From positions 78,556,001 to 78,620,000 of the forward strand of contig NC_086108.1 in the NCBI RefSeq assembly GCF_963921235.1: DNA of 64,000 bases. The letters are read 5' to 3'. The notes beneath the pieces are model-generated. The model ran no database searches. It saw nothing but the letters and a program-made list of their open reading frames with translations, and was not told where the DNA came from. Source of the DNA: Mobula hypostoma (taxonomy: Eukaryota). This document shows, piece after piece, positions 27,281 to 39,564 of the stretch; within the stretch, counting starts at the first letter, position 1, and the number at the start of each line of letters is the position of its first letter. The position numbers and the translations under genes were made by a program.

Positions 27281-30200
27281 CTCCAAGGGAAGGACAAGCA
27301 CCGATACAGTGTGGTCGCAGTGGTTGCCAGAGTGAAGCTGTAACAACATCAAACTGCCTTAAGGACCCCGGCTCCAGGTTTCTTTCTCGGGGTTTACTCC
27401 CGAAGTCTTTCTCATGTCTGGGTATGTTTGCGAGGCAGCAGAGTTTTAAAATCAGAGATTTCCTCCTCCTAGGCGGGCTGCCATCCAAGACTGATGGGCC
27501 CCACCTACCTCAAGAAGCTGGTTCTGAAGCGCCAGTGGCCCACCTTTGCCCCTTCTCTTGTCAGTAGAAAGTTCCGCCAGGTCTTGTAGCTAAAACACAC
27601 GTAAGGCCAACAGTTGGACTTGGTTGTCAAGAGGCTCTTAGAGATGCACACCATTTGAAGCACCTTACAGGTAGTGGGAGCTTATCCCCACTACCACCCC
27701 GGCTATGACAACCTTAGGATTACGTCACTGACGTGGAGAGGGGGAACCCACTGCATGGGCAACAGCCGGTTCTTCAAATCTTCCCATCCCCGCTTGCACC
27801 CAGGAGAGGACACTCCAGCATTGCTACTCAGCATTGACACAACATGGGAAATAGCAGTTACAGGTGATAAGCTACTGCACTTGATTCGCCTAGAATGAGG
27901 CACCAGGGGCTGCTTCTAACAGTGGGAGAGATCCTAGGACCTCATTGGGCAGCTACCACCCACCTCAAGCTGGGCAGTCCCCAGTCAAATCGGTGCTGCC
28001 TCGCCACGGTCCACTTGCTCCACTGGGTATGTGGGGCTCAGGGAACCCCCGACAGGTGGATCAATAACCTTACACCTGGCAAAAAAAAGGAAATGTCAAA
28101 ACTACCCAGCCCTCAAGATAGGTAGCAGGAATGTATGGACCATGACACCAAGCTTTACAGATGACCTGCAAGAAATGAGCTACGCCCGCTAGACTGCAGT
28201 CATCAACGACAAACTGAGCAGACCGCAGATGGACATATCGCCCTTCATGAAACAAGGCTCTCTTCCTCTGAAAGCCTCGAGAGGAAGGCTTCTCCTTCAT
28301 CTGGCACGGAAAGCCACCAGAAGGGCCCAAGGAGCATGGTGTTGGCTTCGTCATAGGAAACATCCTAGTTGGCATCATCATATTGAAGGAACTGAAAGAC
28401 CGCATGAACTCAGCACCGCCATCAAAGAAGTCCCTTCTCAAGAGCCACTATTCATTCTCAGCAACTTTAATGCAAGAGTTGGCAGCGACCACCACAGCTG
28501 GCCCTCCTGTTTGGGACAGTTCGGAACTGGAAAGGTGAATGAAAATGGCCAGCGCCTCCTTGGACTCTGCTGCCAACATGACCTCTGTATCACCGACACC
28601 TTCTTCAACACCAAGCCTCAGCACAAAGTGTCATGGAGACATCTGAGATCCAAACATTGGCACCAACTTGATCTCATCTTCGCAAGACGCAGTCTTCAGA
28701 CTGTCAAGGTGATGCGCAGTTACCAGAGTGCAGGTTGCGACACTGACCACTCCCTTGTGTGCATAGTCATAGTCATACTTTATTGATCTCCAGGGAAATT
28801 GGTTTTCCTTACAGTTGCACCAACCAAGAATAGAGTATAAATAAAGCAATAAACCCATAAATAATTAAATAGTAATATGTAAATTATGACAGGAAATAAG
28901 TCCAGGACCAGCCTATTTATTTCCTGGCAATTTATTTATTTCCTGGCAGAGTGCAGATTGTGACACTGATCACTCCCTCGTGTGCAGCAAGGTAAAACTT
29001 CAGCCGAGAAGACTTCATTGTTCCAGAAGGGAGGGGAGGCCGCACACTGATACCAGCAATATTTGTGACCCTGTAAAGATAGCAGAGTTTGTGCGGGACA
29101 CCATCTACAACACTGCAATATCCACCTTTGGAAAAACGACCATCAAATGTGCTGACTGGTTTAAGGGATGGGAAAACCTGCGGGACACCATCTACAACAC
29201 TGCAATATCCACCTTTGGAAAAACGACCGTCAAATGTGCAGACTGGTTTAAGGCCCACTCTGAAGTGCTGTTGCCTCTGATTGAGAAGAGGAGAAGAGCA
29301 CTGACAGCGTACAAGTCCTCTCCTTGCGAGAAGAACCTGCAAGTGCTCTGGTCTACCTGGAACAAAGTTAAACAGGCTGCCAGGCGGTGTGCCAATGACT
29401 AGTGGCTCCAGCTCTGCTCCAAGCTCCAGCAGGCTGCTGACACTGGCAAAATCAGAGGAATGTATGACAGAATCAAGCAGCCACTGGTCCATTAAAGAGC
29501 AAGACTGCCCCACTAAAGTCATCAATGGGAGTGGTCATCAAGGACAGAACGCAACAGATGGAACGCTGGGTAGAACATTACTTGGCGCCATATGCCAGAG
29601 AGACTGTTGTTACAGAAAAAACTCTGAACACCATTGAACCTCTGCCCACCGTGATCGAACTTTATGTAGACCTCAAACCGGAGGAACTCAGCGAGGCACT
29701 AGAAGCACTTTCTTCTGGGGAAGCACCAGGAAAAGTTGGCATCCCTCCTGAGGTTCTCAAATGTGCCAAGGGCACCCTCGTCCCAGAGCTGCATCAAATC
29801 CTCTGTCAGTGTTGGAGAGAAGACAGCATATCCCAACTTACTCACTTACAAGATCTCATGACCTGCTTTGCGGAAGCCTGCAGAGAGTTCGTCCTCAGAC
29901 ACAGGTGATGGGGCAAGACGTTGACGACAAGCCATTCATTAACATTGTCGACTATGAGCTGGAAGTCATCCATGAATTCAGATACCTGGGCTCCACGATT
30001 TCGGATAACCAGTCACTCGAAAGCGAGATCAACAAGTGCATCGGAAAAGCAGCCACAATCTTCTCAAAGGTTGACCAGGACAGTCTGGGCCAACAACAGA
30101 CTCACCATGAACACCAACGTCCAGGTGTACACAGCCTGTGTGCTGAGCACTTTGCTCTACACCAGTGAAACTTGGACCCTGCGCACAAAACAAGAGCAGA

Positions 30201-30779
30201 GACTCAAGGCTTTCCGCATGCGCTGCCTCAGACGTGTACTTTGTATCACCTGGGAAGACAAGGTTACCGACAGCACAGTGCTCGAGCAAGCCAGCACCAC
30301 CTCCATGTTCACCTTCCTCAATCAGAGGCATATGCGCTGGCTAGGCCACGCCTTGCGCATGGCAGATGGGCGCATACCGATGGACATTCTGTTTGGGAAG
30401 CTGGAGTCTGGAAAGAGGCCAACAAGTAGACCCCCGCTGTGCTATAAGGACACCTGCAAGTGCAACCTCAAGGCCCTTGGTACTAGCACCAACACATGGC
30501 AGTCGCTCGCCTCAAACAGGTGTGCCTGGAAGCAGAAGGTGAAAACGGGTCTCTTGAGGTATAAGACCACACTCTGATGCAGCAAACAGAGGAAAAGAGA
30601 GCCTGCCGAAATCTCCGTGCCCAAGCTGCCCAAGACGTCAGAGCTGCCTCAGCGTTCTGCTGTACACCGTGTGGCAAAGGCTGTCACTCTGGCATTGGAC
30701 TCCACAGTCTCAGCAGACGCTGCTTAACCCAGTCCACCAGAGGCGCAATCCCATGATCCCCTGGGATCGATGGCTGCCT
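27281..30779 (+). mobile_element. RTE-clade LINE with 5' UTR and 3' end, RT core deleted
   Basis: NFNARVG, NENGQRLL, TDHSLV, APGKVGIPPEVLK, LLYTSETW, RWLGH, terminal Cys/His knuckle; perfect 12-bp TSD ATCCATGTTTGA at 27269-27280 and 30780-30791. Confidence 0.92.
28764..28946 (-). mobile_element. Short 3' end of the young Rex family seen at 52561-54001, inserted in the RTE
   Basis: Reverse complement of ~53818-53960 (ATCAATAAAGTATGACTA tail); flanked by a 40-bp direct duplication. Confidence 0.85.
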
Positions 30780-31407
30780 ATCCATGTTTGAGTACAACTT
30801 TATTTCCTTTCCACACTGGAGAGGAGACACGGCAGAAATCCCCCAAAAGTTCCAGCACAGTATTTTTGGCAATGAGGACAACTAGTACACAAAACTAGAA
30901 ACTACAGATAGTAGAAATCTGAACTGAACAAAACCAGTGAATGAAGTGTTCAGCGTTTCATGCAGTATCTGTAGGGAAAGAAATAGTTTTGTTTCAAAAA
31001 GGAGACAAGAAATAGGAGCAGCAGTACAGCACCCAGCTCTCAAGCCTGCTTTGCCATTCAATACAATAACGAGCTGATCTACCCAGGTCCTAAGTCATTT
31101 TTGTGTCAGCATCACATAGTCCTCAATGCCTCAATCTTTGAAAAAAACGTATCAACCTCCAAGTTAAATGTCCTCAGTAATGCTCCCTTGCAGTTCTCTG
31201 ATGTAGTAAATTTCAGAGATTCACAACTTAGCTTCAAGAACTCTTTGCAGCTCATGTTCACAGTATTTTTATTTTTATTATTTCCACACTTTGTCTTTTT
31301 TTTAATCACGCTGGTGGTTTTTCAGTCTTTATTTGTTTATGCATAGTTTTTCATAAATTCTATTGTATTTCTTTCTTTCTGTAATTGCCTGTAAGAAAAT
31401 GAGACTC

Positions 31408-31986
31408 AAGCTTTTCGACCGTTCTGGCTAGGAGAACTATTTTATTGAAGCGGAAGGATTCTAATCCACCTACGGTCTTTTATTGGCTCTCCTCCATTTG
31501 TCCTGTTTAAGTTTAGGGAAAATAAGAAGTAGGACATTTGATACTGCCTTTAAATTTGAGCAAATCTAGCAACCTTTTATACAATATTTTCATTTAATTT
31601 GATTTATTACTCTTTCAATCTCTTTTTTTCCCCCAAAGTTTTAGATTTGATCAGAAAGTCTTTCTTTCTTTTTTTTGGTCATATCCTCAAAATGGAACGC
31701 CCAGTCCTTTTTTTTTTGTTTTTTTTTCCATATAGTGCAGTGTTTTTTTTCCTCTTCATTTAAAACTCATTGTATTTTCTTTTCATAAACTGATAAGAGG
31801 AGAATTGCTGTTTTCAGTTTTTTTATTATATATTTTATACTAGTTTAGCAATATCTATGATTTTGACAATATCTATCTTAACCTCGGTTTGTATTATTAC
31901 TGATAGATATATTTGAGATAACGCTCCTCTTGATTGTATTTACATTATGCTCATTTTAAATCAATAAAAAGATGAATAAAGAAAGA
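31408..31986 (+). mobile_element. L1-clade 3' fragment inserted in a Rex-type 3' tail (~31250-32045)
   Basis: LARRTILLK-like coding remnant as at ~5490-5520; AATAAA and (GAAA)n tail; 15-bp TSD AAGAAAATGAGACTC at 31393-31407 and 31987-32001. Confidence 0.85.
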
Positions 31987-32314
31987 AAGAAAATGAGACT
32001 CCAGGTAATACATACCTACTTTGATAGTATATTTACTTGAATTTCCTGTAAACGATGTGGGAATACTTCAACATCTACCCTTTATGCCCCACAAGATCTT
32101 GTAAATTTCAGTACAATCATCACCCATTCTTCTAAACTCCACAGAATGCAGATCCAGCTTCTTTAGTTGATTAAAATAGGACAACCCTCCCAACCTAGGA
32201 ATTAGCTGAATGTACTTCCTCTGGATTGCTTCCAGTTAGAATATCCTTTCATAAATAAGGGGACCAAAACTGTGCACAGTCCTTAAAGTGCAACCTTATC
32301 AACACCCTGTACAA

Positions 32315-33018
32315 CAGGGGTCCCCAAACTTTTCTGCACCCCGGACCAGTATAATATTGACAATATTCTTGCTGACCGCCCGACCGGGGTGGGGGGGGGG
32401 AGGATGTTCAAGTAGGGTTAAACTCACCTCAACATGTCTTTTACAGTTAGGATTGCCAACTTTCTCACTCCCAAATAAGGGACAAAAGTAGCAGTCAAAT
32501 CCTGGGACACTTTACCCCGGGAAAGACCACCATGACCATGAAGCCTTGCACGGGTACCTGTGTGCGCATGCGCGTATGTGCCAATTTTTTCCCCACAAAT
32601 CGGTTTTGCCTTCATCTTCCTGACTATACTGTACATACATTATTTCTACTTTATATGGGCTGTGTATTTATCATATCATTCCCGCTTTTACTATATGTTA
32701 GTGTTATTTATTTTCAGTTTTATGTGTTATTTGGTATGATTTGTTTGGTTATTTTTTGGGTCTGGAAATGCTCAAAAATTTTTCCCATATAAATTAATGG
32801 TAATTGCTTCTTTGCTTCATGCCATTTTGGCACGAAAGATTTCATAGGAACGCTCTACCTTAGTGGGGGAAATACGGGACAAGGGCGGTCCCGTATGGGA
32901 CAAACCAATTTAGCCCAATATACGGATGTCCCGGCAAATACAGGACAGTTGGCAACAGTTGGGACAGTTCAAGTTCAACAGTGCGTGACAGGGAATAAGG
33001 AAAGGTGCAGCTGACTCA
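32315..33018. mobile_element. Composite DNA-transposon element
   Basis: Charlie-like end CAGGGGTCCCCAAAC; 31-bp match to the 6-bp-TSD element; inner TAGGATTGCCAAC...GTTGGCAAC element (32448-32956) with GGGAC subterminal repeats and a Tigger-like interior. Confidence 0.7.
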
Positions 33019-34160
33019 ATACCTTTGTTTCCAGACTCCAAACCCTTGCTGTAAAGGCCATGGTGCCAATTATCTTCCTAACTATGTTATGGCACTACTG
33101 CTAACCCCTGGTGCTTTATGCACATGAACATCCAGACTCCTTTGTGCACTATTTATTTGCACTCTCTCTCCACCAAATTAAATAACCTGGTTATCTACTG
33201 AATTCAATTTTGTGAGCTCTGTGTAAAACCTAGTTGCATTTCCCATAGTGTTGTAAACTGCCTTGAAAAACACTAATGAAGGAGATCTTTCCTCTTTCAG
33301 TACTGCTTGTGGCAGGTTCAAAATCTTTGCACACTCAGTAAAAGAAGATGAATTTCACGAAAAGAATATCCCATTATGACAGATATTTTGGACCAAAGAG
33401 CTAATCCTTCTCAATCTAACGTTTTGAGTAATCTCCCTGGCATAGACAACTTGTGAGGTCATTAAGTGGAGGTTATTTAATTGCCAACTCCAAAATGAAG
33501 GTTTAGGAACATAGAAAGATGCTGAGCATTCAAAACTGAGATGTGAAAAAGATTCTCTTGAAATGACGGTGTGCATGTGAGGGGTCAAATGGATTACTCT
33601 TGTTTCTGTATTGGTGATTTAACTTAATTTTGCTTTTGCCCCATCAATGTTAATCAGAGAGTTTTAACTACTGTAAATAATAATCTTTCAATAATAATCT
33701 TTCAAATAATACATTAGTCATAGCTTTTAAAAAAGCATAATCAATTCAAGATAATAACTTCAATTACTGAAGTTTGTACATATTGGCTAAGAGATCATAC
33801 ATTACTCAACTGAAAGCAATCTGTGAATCAGCTGGAATCATTCCTAATTATAGATGATTCCAGTCCCAAGAGGCCTGCTGGCTACATTCCTTACTCTGAA
33901 GCTGTCACAGATTTATGATTAGAAGTCTGTGTCCTCAAATTTGTAACTGTGAAAAATAGTTATGCATCAGTTCGCTTCCATCATCTTCAACATTCCCTAT
34001 AATCAATTGTTTAGTGTTGGTAACACTGCTTTCATGGCCAGAAACACTTCTGCTAAACTGCAGAGCAATCATGTCAGTTCCACAACCCACTTGAGTGCTC
34101 ACATTGATACTAATGTTCTGTTGATAATATATCTGTCATAGTGGATAATGGGGTACATTA

Positions 34161-34390
34161 CAGTCCTAGGCACATATATATAGCTGGGGTGCCCAAGACT
34201 TTTGCATGGTACTGTATATTGGTTACAATAGGAAGGTGGTTGGGAAACAGAAATAAGAGCAATTAGCTTTGTATCAGCTTAGTACTATCAAGTGTTATTT
34301 GGTAACTGGAAAGTCATAAAATACAGTACTGCGCAAAGGTCTTAGGCACCCTAGCTATATATTTGTGCCTATGGCTTTAGCACAGTATTA
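34161..34390. mobile_element. Two ~60-bp Tc1-type mini-MITEs in opposite orientation (~34161-34214 and ~34324-34390)
   Basis: TA-CAGTACTG(C/T)GCAAA.GTCTTAGGCAC palindromic ends. Confidence 0.7.
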
Positions 34391-35891
34391 TATAAATGTC
34401 ACAGTGCTCTCTGCTGACCTTGAATAAAAGCTGCCTAAAGATCTAGTAATCTCTGTGGCATAGCTTGTGAGGCCAGTTGTCATCAGGTTTCAGCTTTTGG
34501 GCCTGACTGGTCCAACAGTGATATCAACAAGCTGACTGAACAGCAAAGATATCTGAAGAATTCTCGCAGACAGCAAACCATGAGATAGAAAGCAGCATTA
34601 TTAACCTTTTAAGCATTTTATAAAAAGTAAAATAAAGACTGCAACATTCATAGTGTCACAGAGCACTGCAGCATAGAAAGAAGCCCTTTGGCCCATCTAG
34701 TCCATGCTGACCTGTTCTTCTGCCTAGCCCCATGAACCATAGCTCTCCAAACCCCCTCATCCATAACATGATTATTAGATGGAAATTGTAATACTGAAAA
34801 CAAATATCGAAATAAAATGATACTTTTATTTTAGGAAGGCATAGAATTTTATATATTACAAGAAATTCCCTTCAACACATTAAGTTATGCTTTTTAAAAT
34901 GAGTGAGGCAATTCTTAAGCAGTAGTTATGGCTTAATATACTTAACAACTGTCAAAATTCATTCAGCAGGATGTCGAATGAAAACAGAAAATGATGAAAT
35001 TGCTCAGCAGTTCAGGCAAGCATCTGCGGAGGGAGACTGGAGCTTTCCATCGTACATATGAAGTGAAAGCAAAACAGCACACAGCTCACACACAACACAG
35101 ACGCTGGAGCTTGACACTACAACAAGGCTTACTTCAGTCTATGTATACACAGCACAGGCAGGCTGGAGATAGTGGGCAATATATATAAGTAATAGTACAA
35201 GAATAATGAAAACTTTGGCTCAGGGAACACTCTTTTTAGGACCAGTGACACCCCTGTTGATGTCAGTTAGTAGTAAAGAGAGAGCTTGTTCTGAAGGTAA
35301 AGCCCAGACTCCGTGCGAATTCTTTCCTTCTACAGATGGAGAGATGAAAAGGTAAGTCTATGATAGGCTGGAGACTGGGAGAGAATGAACAACACGAGTG
35401 CTGATGGTGCAGACTAACACAGGGTGATGTAGATACCGTCTGCCTGGCAAAGGTGTAAATAGGAAGAGATTAACTAAACCCAGAGGAGAGACAAAAAGAA
35501 TGCTGGAAAAATGAAATACAAGGTTGGAGTGGCAGATTTACCTTAAATTTCTTAAGTTATTAAGTCCTTAAAGGTATGATGTGCCAATTGGATAATAAGT
35601 ACTGCTCCTAATCTGCAAGAATTTTACTGTCCTTCAGCAAGCCTGCACCTGGCTTGTAAATAGTTTAAGTTCCCATCAGTTCATTGGTTTCCACAATGCA
35701 GGAGGAAGTGGCAGCAGTGCACTCCATGCAGTATTAGGGAATCAGTGACAGCAACTTCTCGATTTCCATGGTCAACCACACATGCATGCTCAGAGGCTGC
35801 TATCAGATGTCCCCGTCACAGAAATGAGCATAAATAGTCTCACAGTGCAGGTTCTGAGCTATCACTTCTTTCGTCACTGCGGATACAGATA

Positions 35892-36556
35892 CAGTGGATT
35901 CCAGTTAGTTAGAACACATCGTGATCAGTACATTTTGGTCCAATTAAATGACAGGCCTTGATTAACCAAAGTTTCATGGAAATAGTTACAGAAGTTATTT
36001 AAAAATAAACCACTGTTTCACCGAGTAATAAATTATGCATTTAAATGAAATACAGAACAAATTAGAACACTACCAATTACTACTACAGTACCATAAAACT
36101 GTGTCTTAGTAGTTATCGACAGAGGAATTTATCCAGTGTAGGCTGCCATGTCCTTTTGATTATCTGTAAATGAACAAAGTCAGCGCAGACACCTACTGCA
36201 AATAATGGACTGGCTTCACTGTTTTCCTGCATGAAGTAGTTTTGCAATCCAAGTTATCAAAACGCAATGCTTTTTGAATCAGCATCCGTTGGCTAAAATG
36301 GATAGTACGCAACTGACACTATTTAAAAACTATTTTCTCTAAGCACAGTGTGGTATCTAACAGCCACACAAGTGCACACAACTGACGCTAGTTAGAAAGT
36401 GTTGGGCGACATTCTCCTGTCCCAATTAAACAGCAGTGTCACAAGTAAACAAAGGGAATTCTGGCTATTTTCTCGATTAGTTTTTGTTCTTTAAGAGTTG
36501 TCCCAAATAAGTGGCTGCCCTGATTAACCAATGGCCCAATTAACTGGAATCCACAG
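35892..36556. mobile_element. Tigger/pogo-like non-autonomous element
   Basis: TIR CAGTGGATTCCAGTTA / TAACTGGAATCCAC(A)G with TA on both sides. Confidence 0.85.
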
Positions 36557-36880
36557 TATTCACAGAAGTGATATAGCAGTGAATGATTTAGAGAGACTAG
36601 ACAAAAGAGAAAGCAATAAACCATATGACGCAGGATTAATTAAAGCTGCTCAAAAATTGCTTCAATAAAGACAAATAGCTTAGATTCTAAATCCAGGAAG
36701 AAAAATCCAAGCTAAAATCCGATACTGTAACATTCATACCGAGGAGATAAAGACAGCACGATTAAATGGGCTTCAAATTAAACCACAACCAAACTTCTTA
36801 TAATTCCAGTATTCACGTTATCTTTTCCAAATGCTTCCAGCGTTAAGTCAGAGACAGCAATGATTCAAATACTGCCATAC

Positions 36881-37003
36881 CTGTTATAAATATCATCATC
36901 CTCACCGCCCCAGCCCCAGTATTCATTTGGGAAGCCATTTATTTTTAAGAACTGCTCCCTGCTCAATCCGGAGACGCCGCCGAAGTAGCCACTGTACGGG
37001 AGC
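36881..37003 (-). CDS. B4GALT2: Beta-1,4-galactosyltransferase 2, next coding exon (123 bp, phase 2 to 2) with the WGWGGEDDD catalytic motif
   Basis: G+LPYSGYFGGVSGLSREQFLKINGFPNEYWGWGGEDDDIYN+AG. Acceptor CTGTTAG at 37004-37010; donor AG|GTATGG. Joins the 60160-60347 exon in frame (AG+G = Arg). Confidence 0.96.
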
Positions 37004-37476
37004 CTAACAGAAGAAAGCAGAAGTTAGCAGGAATAGTAGACTCTTGAGCACTGATCACCTTCTCTAAAATTGAAATGCAATGTTTGAAATGAAATAAGCA
37101 CAATAATTTATTTTATGTTAAAATTTAAAAGGTCGATATTTGGCATTTTGTGAGTACCAAATTATTGCACTTTCCTTTTTTTAAAGGAATCACGATACTT
37201 AATAATTTTTCTCCAAATGTGAGCCAGCCACACTGTGCAGTGGCAGATGTACAAACATGTCTATGCTGTCAGGTTGCATCTGTTGCTGACAACAAGCCAA
37301 GATGCTGAAAGCCTTAAGAAAGATAGGTTTATGTCCCACCAATGCATGGCACATCATGTGAAAACTGGGAAACACTTGTCTGATATAAAACAACACACAC
37401 AAACTGGGAAAAGAATCCTGCACCTGCACTCTGATTTATTAACCATAGTCATAAATGCAAAGTATGAAATACAATA

Positions 37477-37845
37477 CACTCAAAGAAAGTCTGAAGATGC
37501 TGTAAATTCAAAACAATACACACAAAATGCTGGAGGAACTCAGCAGGTCAGGCAACATCTATGGAAATGAATAGATAGTCTACGTTTCGGGCTGAGACCT
37601 TCTTTGGGACTGAAAAGGAATGGGGAAGGTGCCAGAATAAAAAGGTGGGGAAGGAGGCTAGCTGGAAAGTGATAGGTGAAGCCAGGTGAGTGGGGAAGGT
37701 CAAGGGCTGGAGAAGAAGGAATCTGACAGGAGAGGAGAGTGGACCGATCACAGGAGAAAGGGAAGGAGGAGGGGACCCAGGGGGAAGTAAAAGGCAGGTG
37801 AGAAGAAATAAAAGGTCCGAGTGGGGAATAGAAGAAGGGAGGGGA
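37477..37845 (-). mobile_element. Penelope-like terminal-repeat fragment
   Basis: Homologous to 47631-47850; mutated hammerhead motif at 37577-37611 on the minus strand. Confidence 0.75.
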
Positions 37846-38509
37846 ATATTCTGATATATATACTACCCTTCTTTAAAGAAATGTTCATATCATTCTCTTT
37901 CCTATAACTGGCAATTATTTAATTACCTGTTGGATAAGGATATTTTGTGATTTGTGCTATTAGTTGAAAATTATATTGCATTTCTAAACTCAAAATGTTT
38001 TGACCTTTAATTTACTGGGGTTATGAACAGATAACGGCAATCCCAAGGCAATGAGACTTCTGGGACTGTAGTGAAGAATGGGACCAACAAGACATTGTTG
38101 AACAGATTTAAAGACTGAGGAAGAGAATATCAGAGAAATTACTGCGAAATAGGATGTATGATGTCAAATCATGTAGATTCATAAAAATAAAAAGCAGAGG
38201 AATGTTTGTAAAAATATAGAAAATTCTAAGAATGAAAAGATAGAATGTAATAGATTTAGTATTGTTGAGCACTTTTTGTTTTGCTTTTGGAGTTCAAATA
38301 GTTTCTCCAATAGTTGAGAGGCGGATTAATATTTACATTAAACATGTTAAAAATTGCTTACATCTTATAATTATAACAATGAGGTTATTCGACCCATCAG
38401 GCCAGCTCCCAGTCCCATCAGTCCCATTCCCTCACTCCTTATTTCCATTAACTCGAGAAACCTACTCATTTTTACACAAGTTCACCAAGTCCCCTTTGAT
38501 TGTTCATGC

Positions 38510-38710
38510 CACTAACCCAGTAAATGCTAATTTACAGCTGACAGTCAGCCCACCAGCAGATCTCTGGGACTTGAAAAAAGTGAGAGAGGCTGGAGGAAAG
38601 CTGAATCGTCACAGGGAGAAAGTGCAAACACTGCAGAGACAACACTCAAGATCAGAGGCAAATATGAATCTCTGGAGCCGTGAGGCAGCAACACTAATTC
38701 CTCCAACCGT
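38510..38710 (-). mobile_element. tRNA-derived SINE relic (V-SINE/HE1-like)
   Basis: GTCACAGGGAGAAAGTGCAAACACT...TCTCTGGAGCCGTGAGGCAGCAACACTA. Confidence 0.6.
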
Positions 38711-39019
38711 TTGTTATTAGCAAATCTAAATGAGTGGAATTCAAAATGCAAATCACTGTAGGAACTTGGAGTGGGGCAAACCTCTCACAAGACAGGACAG
38801 TACAGCACAGGAGCAGGCATTTGGTGTGTTTCTTTCCTGCACTGCTCTATGTTCGATTTTACAATTCAATGCAGGGTTTCAAAATGACTTGGCCCTGTGG
38901 AGGAGCACAGACTGACCAATACCAATTCGCAGCCAATGACTTGGCTCTTCTTTGCTTGAATTTTCTGGCTGATTGACACATTAATAAAGCCATGTGGGTT
39001 AAACTTTCCATTAAAGTAT

Positions 39020-39520
39020 CGAGGAAGACTGAAATCAACAATGACGAGAGCAGAAAGTGAGCGGGTGACCTCTCTCCCTCACTGATGCTGGAGGACGACA
39101 CTTACATTTGAACAGTCTCTCTCTCTCTCTGCCAGAGTTTTGGGTCTTGGGCAAGATTTAATTGACGCAGTTTGTGGACTGGGCTCATGGTTATGATGTG
39201 TTTCTGGTGCTCCTTTTTTGTTGCTATTTTGATTGGTGTGGAGGGCTCTGCAGCCTGGAGACAACAAACAGCACAACACTAGAATAAACTGAACTGGAAC
39301 TGAACATCCATGCACTGTTTTGATGACTTTGTGATATGATGTTTTATATTCCACGTTTTTTGCTCGTTGTTGCTGTTTACGCATGGGGGGGGGGGTCTGA
39401 TGTTTTTCTTTGAACCGGTTCCATGGTTTTCTTTGTTTTAAGGCTGTCGGTGGGAAGATGAATCACACAGCTGTTTTCTGCATACATATTTTCATAATAA
39501 ATGCTCTTTGAATCCTTTAC
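39020..39520 (+). mobile_element. Non-coding retroelement with Rex-type 3' tail
   Basis: Ends GAAGATGAATC...ATAATAAATGCTCTTTGAATCTTT; no LINE-like ORF. Confidence 0.55.
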
Positions 39521-39564
39521 ATCATAGTTTAAGTTGGCATCATGCTCAGCACAGGCATCAAAGG

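Larger units (their letters stand above)
30995..33180 (-). mobile_element. Old degraded CR1 interrupted by a Rex tail, an L1 and a composite DNA element
   Basis: CR1-like blocks AATAGGAGCAGCAGTA, CATTCTTCTAAACTCC, GGGGACCAAAACTGTGCACAG, CTCCAAACCCTTGCTGTAAAGGCC. Confidence 0.65.

Noticed and set aside
29092..29253. Direct repeats with a spacer (CRISPR-like)
   Set aside because: Only two 75-bp units inside RTE coding sequence, in eukaryotic DNA with no cas genes.
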